Shown here piece by piece: positions 58,547-64,000 of a stretch of DNA of 64,000 bases. Both the position numbers and the translations under genes were made by a program. Positions within the stretch are counted from its first letter, which is position 1; every line of letters starts with the position of its first letter. The notes under the pieces are model-generated. The model was not told where the DNA came from and searched no databases. It saw nothing but the letters and a program-made list of their open reading frames with translations. The stretch is taken from contig CAKVHA010000007.1 in the NCBI GenBank assembly GCA_934747775.1, positions 1,437 through 65,436 on the forward strand, in the 5' to 3' direction. This DNA comes from an uncultured Clostridia bacterium (GTDB taxonomy: Bacteria > Bacillota > Clostridia > Christensenellales > UBA1242).

Positions 58547-58572
58547 ACAAATAAAGTGTTGCGTGTTATTAT
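58544..58572 (+). promoter_or_regulatory. sigma-A-type extended -10 promoter of the HTH gene
   Basis: TTGACA, 17-nt spacer ending in TGt, then TATTAT (58567..58572). The ATG at 58579 lies 7 nt after the -10 with no SD. Confidence 0.5.
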
Positions 58573-58578
58573 AATTGT

Positions 58579-58890
58579 ATGAAATTAGATATCGCCATAG
58601 GTATAATTATTACGCTTCTTAATAAAGGCAATGTTAGCAGCAAACAACTTGCCTACAAATACGATGTATCCACACGAACAATTTACAGATACATTTCTCT
58701 ACTTGACACCGCTGGAATTCCTATAACAACAAAACGCGGACGATATGGCGGAATAGAAATTCTAAACACTTTTAAACTTCAAAATATGTTTTTAACAACT
58801 CAAGAAAAAATGACTTTAATTATAACTTGCTCACTTATAGAAAACAAAAATTTGCGCGACACAATTCAACGAAAATTGTTGCTTATATAA
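58579..58890 (+). CDS. stand-alone HTH_11 / YafY-N-terminal-type DNA-binding protein (no WYL domain)
   Basis: VSSKQLAYKYDVSTRTIYRYISLLDTAGIPITTKRGRYGGIEI is the typical DeoR/YafY-type winged HTH. Only 103 aa. Confidence 0.65.
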   Translation: MKLDIAIGIIITLLNKGNVSSKQLAYKYDVSTRTIYRYISLLDTAGIPITTKRGRYGGIEILNTFKLQNMFLTTQEKMTLIITCSLIENKNLRDTIQRKLLLI

Positions 58891-59119
58891 AATAAGGCAT
58901 TAGCAACACAATAATTAGAATATTATAAATACAATTAGATTTTACAAAATCAAATTACTTACAGGTTTACAAAAAGTCCAAAAACACAAACAAGAACAAC
59001 ACTAACAAAATAAACCAATGGCAAAAAAACAAATCAATAAAATAAAGAAAAAACACAGCCTACTCATTAGGTTGTGTTCTTGTATTTTTATACAAGGTAA
59101 TAAATATTTATAAATTGCA

Positions 59120-60244
59120 TCATTTTTTAAATTTTGCCAAGTTTGTAGAATTTAAAACTTGAGTTTTGTAATCAATTTGATTTGCATTTTCCAAAAAGTT
59201 TTGCCTTATGGCATATGTAATTATATCATTTAAAACCTTATCTTCCCCTATTCCTTTTGCAGCAAATAAGTAAAGAGCAAGCGAACCAGGGATTGTATTC
59301 ATTTCATTTAAATATAGTTTATTATTTATTGTGTCATATATAAAATCAAACCTTATAACACCACTTGCATCAAAATTTTCATAAACAACACTCGCCATTT
59401 TTACAATTTCTTCATACAATTTTTTACTAATTTTAGGTGGAATCTTTTTAATTTTATCAGCACCGATTCCAGAAAAATTTAAATACTTTTCTTCAAAAGA
59501 CAACATATTACTTTTTAAAATCGGCTCTTCAATCTCTGAAATTTTCAAACCATCTGAAGTCTTATAAATAGCAATATTAAATTCTCTAAATTTAGTAAGT
59601 TTTGGTTCAATTATTAATTTTTTATCAAATTTTAAGCATTTTTTTATTAATTTTAATAAATTTTCTTCATTTTCACAAATTTCTATTCCAATGCTACTAC
59701 CCTGTCTTGCAGGTTTTATAATACACGGAAAACCAATGTTTGCTTTTATTTTATTAATGATTTGCTTATCATTATATAAGTCTTTATTTGCAACTTCCAC
59801 ACAATTTAAAACACAAGCCACATCACCAACACATTTTTTAAACGTCCCTTTATCCATTCCTATGGTAGCAACATCAATGTTAGGAGTAGCCCTTGCAATA
59901 TTGTTGAGTTTTAAAAATCCGTCCACACTGCCGTCTTCACCATTAACACCATGCATAATTGGCAAAACACAATCAATATCACAAACCTTTTTTAGTTTTT
60001 TATCTTTGTTTTCATAAAGGCTTTTTCCCACCAAGTTAACTTTTATAATTTTTTTAGTGTTAATAAAATCATTTAAAGTTATTACATTTTTTAAATAATT
60101 AAAGTTACCACACTTGTCAATATAAACCAAATAAACATTGTATAAATATTCATCTACAAATTTATTAACATAAAACGTTGATATAATACTTATGTCATGT
60201 TCGGTGCTTTTTCCGCCAAACAAAATTAAAATATTCTTTTTCAT
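59120..60244 (-). CDS. ddl: D-alanine--D-alanine ligase
   Basis: ILFGGKSTEHDISIIS start, an ATP-grasp body, and the EMNTIPG motif near the C-terminus. Confidence 0.9.
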   Translation of the reverse strand: MKKNILILFGGKSTEHDISIISTFYVNKFVDEYLYNVYLVYIDKCGNFNYLKNVITLNDFINTKKIIKVNLVGKSLYENKDKKLKKVCDIDCVLPIMHGVNGEDGSVDGFLKLNNIARATPNIDVATIGMDKGTFKKCVGDVACVLNCVEVANKDLYNDKQIINKIKANIGFPCIIKPARQGSSIGIEICENEENLLKLIKKCLKFDKKLIIEPKLTKFREFNIAIYKTSDGLKISEIEEPILKSNMLSFEEKYLNFSGIGADKIKKIPPKISKKLYEEIVKMASVVYENFDASGVIRFDFIYDTINNKLYLNEMNTIPGSLALYLFAAKGIGEDKVLNDIITYAIRQNFLENANQIDYKTQVLNSTNLAKFKK

Positions 60245-60304
60245 TACACACCTCTTTTAAAACTTAATTATTTTATATTACTCATTTTAAAACATTTCAA
60301 ATCT

Positions 60305-61858
60305 TTACTTATAACTACTTGGTAGATCGTTTTCAATTAAAACAACCGCATTATGAAATTTAGTAAACTCTACATCTTTAAAACAATTCACATAACTTAT
60401 TTTTTCTTTATCAATCCCACCTTCAATTAAGCCTTCAGTAATTGCTTTTTTGTTCACTTCATTTTCCACAACAACAAAATTAGCAACACCGGCTATTTGT
60501 CTTCCAAATTCTTTATTAAGTTCATACTGCATTACACCCATTTCAACAAAACCAGGCGTAATAACAATTCTAGTTATGTTTTTATAACCTTCCAAGACCT
60601 TTAAAGAACATCTGGCGGTTACAGGGTTTGAGTTATATCCGTTGTTAATTACAGTAACATTATTAGGAAGCTTTGAAATTTCCAATCTGCTTTCCACCTG
60701 CTCCAGCTCACCAATAGCGGTTATAATCTGTTCAATATCAACATTGAGCTTTAATGCAAGTGCCACAGAAACACAAATATTAACGGCGTTATGTTCACCA
60801 AGCAATTTAGTTTCAACTTTATATTTTTTACTAGAACCACGAATATACAAATCAAAAACACTTATACCATTTTCAAAAACATAGTTTTCATACCAAACGT
60901 TTTGTTTAACACCAGCAGAAACGTACTCACCATTAAACAAATCTTTTGCCCTACAAACTAACTCATTGTAACAATTAAAAACCATAAGCCCATTACCATT
61001 AAGATTGTTTTGAAGTTCACACTTGGTTTCAAAAATTGTTTCAATATTATTAAATGTATCTAAGTGTTGCAATCCAATAGCTGTTAACACTCCAACATCA
61101 GGTTTAAACCACCTACACAGTTGTTTTATTTCACCTTTCTTTTTTGCGCCCATTTCAAGTATTAAATAATCAACATTTTTTAAGTCAGTTTCATTAATCG
61201 CCTTACAAATTCCGTTAGGTGTATTATAACTTTTAGGTGTCATAACAACATTATATTTTTTTAATAAAATTCTGTACAATATATTTTTAACACTGGTTTT
61301 TGCAAAACTTCCAGTTATCGCAATTATTTTTATATTATATTTATTAATTTTCATTCTTGCTTTTTTGATGTTGTTTTTCAACAAAACATATTCGAAAACA
61401 CAATTTATTACAAAAACAAAAACAAACAATAACCACATATTTATTGTCAATAACAAAAAGTAATTACTATATTTATTAGTTGTTTGTGACAATATGTATA
61501 ATGTTAATGACAATAACACAAATAATATGAAAAAACAATAAAATTTAAAAATTCTTTTAGTACATATATATCTATTAATATTACATAAACATTTCCTAAT
61601 ATAAAATATTCCAAAAGTTAAATAATAAATGGAAAACAGCAGCAAAAAAGGTTTAAATGAAATATTAAATATAAATAAGATGTTTAACAAAATTATTACA
61701 GCTACATTAATCAAAAACAGTTTGCTATTTTTGTATTTATTTTTAACATAAGAAAAATAATTGTAACCATTAACTTGCAATAATGATAAATTATATTGCA
61801 GTTCAAAAACAAAGTATAAGATGGAATAAAGTATGATTGAAATTATGTTTAATATCAT
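60305..61858 (-). CDS. murF: MurF-like Mur ligase (UDP-MurNAc-tripeptide--D-Ala-D-Ala ligase) with an N-terminal polytopic membrane domain
   Basis: Residues from about 170 to 517 look like Mur ligase central and C-terminal domains: IIAITGSFAKTS, YNTPNGI, EMGAKKKGEI, LGEHN, NNGYNSNP. Residues 1 to about 165 form about 5 hydrophobic helices. Adjacent to ddl. Confidence 0.7.
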   Translation of the reverse strand: MILNIISIILYSILYFVFELQYNLSLLQVNGYNYFSYVKNKYKNSKLFLINVAVIILLNILFIFNISFKPFLLLFSIYYLTFGIFYIRKCLCNINRYICTKRIFKFYCFFILFVLLSLTLYILSQTTNKYSNYFLLLTINMWLLFVFVFVINCVFEYVLLKNNIKKARMKINKYNIKIIAITGSFAKTSVKNILYRILLKKYNVVMTPKSYNTPNGICKAINETDLKNVDYLILEMGAKKKGEIKQLCRWFKPDVGVLTAIGLQHLDTFNNIETIFETKCELQNNLNGNGLMVFNCYNELVCRAKDLFNGEYVSAGVKQNVWYENYVFENGISVFDLYIRGSSKKYKVETKLLGEHNAVNICVSVALALKLNVDIEQIITAIGELEQVESRLEISKLPNNVTVINNGYNSNPVTARCSLKVLEGYKNITRIVITPGFVEMGVMQYELNKEFGRQIAGVANFVVVENEVNKKAITEGLIEGGIDKEKISYVNCFKDVEFTKFHNAVVLIENDLPSSYK

Positions 61859-61869
61859 TTAAATTTTCC

Positions 61870-62595
61870 TTACAAATAAGATTGCAACAAGTGCACAAAG
61901 TTTAAATAATTTTCCAAATAACAAAAATGTCCTGAATTTTTATATATGTATAATCTCGAATTTTTGATATTTTTATTTAATGATTTTGCCATATACATAG
62001 GCGTAGATTTATCCAACTCACCCCACACAAGTAATGTTTTACTTTCTATTTTATTCAACAAATATCTTAGATTTTGATTTACTATTTTTACATATGCTTG
62101 CTTTTGAAAATTGTCTAATTTTTTATATTCATCGCTTCCATATTTTAATAAATTTTTAGAATTAACAATTTTTCTTTTAACTAAAAATTTACAAAATTTA
62201 TACTTAAAAACTTTATAGTAATAACTTAACCCCCTACGCGGTTTTAACCCTGCACTATCCACCAACACAAGTTTTTCAATTTCAATATCAAACAAACTAG
62301 CAAGAATTATTGCCACACGACCACCAAACGAGTGAGCAACTATACTAAGCTTTTTTATACCTTTTGCTTGTAAAAACAAAAACAACTGCATAGCATAATC
62401 GTAGCTATCCAATTTTACATTTGGATATTTACTTTTTCCAAAGCCGTAAAAATCAACCAATATTGTTTTGTGATTTTTTGAAATTGTTTCGGCAACATTG
62501 AAAAAAGAGTTAATGCTACCGCCCCAACCATGCAGGAACAGAACACAACTCTCACTATTTCCAAGTATTAAACTATTTATGGGATAATGTTTCAA
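61870..62595 (-). CDS. alpha/beta hydrolase
   Basis: VLFLHGWGGS oxyanion region and the nucleophile elbow AHSFGG. 241 aa. Confidence 0.75.
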   Translation of the reverse strand: MKHYPINSLILGNSESCVLFLHGWGGSINSFFNVAETISKNHKTILVDFYGFGKSKYPNVKLDSYDYAMQLFLFLQAKGIKKLSIVAHSFGGRVAIILASLFDIEIEKLVLVDSAGLKPRRGLSYYYKVFKYKFCKFLVKRKIVNSKNLLKYGSDEYKKLDNFQKQAYVKIVNQNLRYLLNKIESKTLLVWGELDKSTPMYMAKSLNKNIKNSRLYIYKNSGHFCYLENYLNFVHLLQSYL

Positions 62596-62607
62596 AAGTT
62601 ACCGCCT

Positions 62608-63033
62608 TTAAAGCAGCATTTCATATACCATAGCACTATTGCTGCCGTAATAATTTTTTCTTGTGATAACTTTTTCAAACCCTAATTTTTCATACAAACT
62701 TATTGCAATTTTGTTTGTTTCATTAACCTCCAAATAAAACTTTTTTATTTTGTTTTGTTTTAGATAGTCTATAGCATTTAATATCAACGCTTTTGCATAG
62801 CCTTTTTTTCTATGACTTTCCAAAACCGCAATCTGCTGAAGATTTGCTTCATCTAAAAACACATAAACCGATATAAAACCAAGAATATTGTCACCATCTT
62901 GAAACACAAACGTTTTTACTTTATCGCCTTTTAAATCACCTAAAACCGACTCGGCAGAATAAGGTCTATCAAAACATGCGTTTTCAATTTCCATTAAAGC
63001 AGCTAAATCGGCAACACCCGCAGGCCTAATCAT
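62608..63033 (-). CDS. rimI: ribosomal-protein-alanine N-acetyltransferase RimI
   Basis: GNAT motif A (IAVLESHRKKGYAKALI). Downstream of tsaB in the conserved tsaE-tsaB-rimI order. Confidence 0.85.
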   Translation of the reverse strand: MIRPAGVADLAALMEIENACFDRPYSAESVLGDLKGDKVKTFVFQDGDNILGFISVYVFLDEANLQQIAVLESHRKKGYAKALILNAIDYLKQNKIKKFYLEVNETNKIAISLYEKLGFEKVITRKNYYGSNSAMVYEMLL

Positions 63034-63649
63034 TTTTTCTCTCCAAATTACGTTCTGCTTGCGATAGTTGTAAGTATAACGGCTCTACATTTTTTGTAAA
63101 TTCCTTTCGCTCTAATTTATCTGCAAAAGAATCAACTAAAAGTTGATTATAATTAGTTATCACATTAAATGTATATGCGTCACCTAGGTTTAAATGTTCG
63201 CTTTCCAAACAAAATATTTTTTTTCCATCAAACTTATCCAGTTTCGAAATTTCACACACGCCGCAGTCTTTAATAACAGCCCCTTCAACAACACCGTAAT
63301 ACACGCTATTTGCAGTGCATTTTGTTATACACACGCCACACTTGATTGCAGGTGCCAAGATTTCAAACACACTTACACTAACTACTGGCTTATCTAGCGC
63401 AAAAGCAAACGCCTTTACGGTTGCCATTCCAACACGTATCCCCGTAAAAGAACCCGGCCCAACAACAACACCGAATACATCCATATCACCAACACTTAAG
63501 CGGTTTTTATTAAAAACATCATCGATGTGTGTCATCAAATTTTCGCTTTGCTTTTCGCCGTCTTTTAATTCGTCCACAAAAACATTTTTACCGTTTAACA
63601 AAACAATTTTTGCATTGTTGCCAGTTGTATCAATTCCTAAAAATTTCAT
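63026..63649 (-). CDS. tsaB: tRNA t6A37 biosynthesis protein TsaB
   Basis: MKFLGIDTTGN start and GPGSFTGIRVG motif. Confidence 0.88.
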   Translation of the reverse strand: MKFLGIDTTGNNAKIVLLNGKNVFVDELKDGEKQSENLMTHIDDVFNKNRLSVGDMDVFGVVVGPGSFTGIRVGMATVKAFAFALDKPVVSVSVFEILAPAIKCGVCITKCTANSVYYGVVEGAVIKDCGVCEISKLDKFDGKKIFCLESEHLNLGDAYTFNVITNYNQLLVDSFADKLERKEFTKNVEPLYLQLSQAERNLERKND

Positions 63650-64000
63650 TTTTTCACCTTAAATATTCTTTCATTATCGCCAGTTTTTTCTATATCAATC
63701 ACAATAGGATTAACGTAATTAATGTCAATTTTGTATGGCCATTCCACCAAAATTACATCTTTTTCGTTTTTAAATAAAATATCTTCCGCACCAATTTCTT
63801 GCAGTTCGTCATAATTTTCTAGCCTATATAAATCAAAATGATACAATTTAAAATTCTTGGCGTTATACACTTTTACGATGTTAAAAGTTGGGCTTGTTAC
63901 AACTTCTGTTACACCCAAGGCTTCCGCCAAAAATTTTGTAAATGTGGTTTTTCCAGCACCCAAGTCGCCGTTTAGCAAAATCGTTTCACCACCACACAAA
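63646..64000 (-). CDS. tsaE: tRNA t6A37 biosynthesis ATPase TsaE (N-terminus beyond the window end)
   Basis: P-loop GDLGAGKTTFTK, SPTFNIV and YHFDLYRL motifs. The ORF is open to the window edge. Confidence 0.88.
   Translation of the reverse strand, partial: LCGGETILLNGDLGAGKTTFTKFLAEALGVTEVVTSPTFNIVKVYNAKNFKLYHFDLYRLENYDELQEIGAEDILFKNEKDVILVEWPYKIDINYVNPIVIDIEKTGDNERIFKVKK

Noticed and set aside
59120-62595. A broad low-GC island (ddl-murF-hydrolase) suggesting horizontal acquisition.
   Set aside because: My hand counts of single 60-nt lines range from 17 to 45 % here and from 20 to 47 % in neighbouring core genes, so the variance is too high to claim a shift. It needs a computed sliding-window GC and codon-usage analysis.

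Overview
This is a low-GC Firmicutes chromosomal segment, roughly 20-45 % GC in the lines I counted by hand. It probably comes from a spore-forming Clostridia-type lineage: it has an intact pro-sigma-K gene, an RNase P RNA with class-A-type motifs and a NodB-type deacetylase. Most of the window is core housekeeping in familiar synteny. On the minus strand: rsmE(5' end)-[2 paralogous unknowns]-dnaJ-dnaK-grpE-hrcA (with CIRCE)-[3 small unknowns]-hemW-lepA. Next come a GDPD-like gene and an NMT1-type ABC importer, then (minus) Zn-ribbon-trmK-sigA-dnaG and tRNA-Arg(CCT). After that: rsmF-like, folD, two membrane proteins, rarA, rnpB, sigK, U32 peptidase/O-methyltransferase/RNase J, parE-parC, murG, ddl-murF and rimI-tsaB-tsaE. 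The one clearly accessory region is 35.9-47.9 kb. It is a tightly packed minus-strand block of about 11.8 kb: terminase, portal, scaffold, capsid, several beta-rich putative short-tail genes and two holins. I see no integrase, repressor, replication genes, tape measure or endolysin. At its upstream end are a sigma-70-region-4-like regulator and a repeat-rich control region containing an SOS-box-like palindrome. Two membrane-anchored SH3b proteins flank that regulator. I consider this block, read as a domesticated or GTA-like particle, a satellite or a cryptic podophage remnant, the best candidate for something undescribed. Smaller oddities: a strongly signalled 20-codon hydrophobic ORF next to the tRNA, a MurF whose N-terminal domain is replaced by about 5 TM helices, a GDPD homologue with all catalytic residues substituted, a tandem-OB SSB-like protein, a His/Cys-rich GrpE N-terminus, and a probably leaderless HTH gene behind a Cheo-box-like site. 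I saw no rRNA, CRISPR array, transposase or integrase. All homology statements come from reading the translations and from remembered family motifs. No searches were run.
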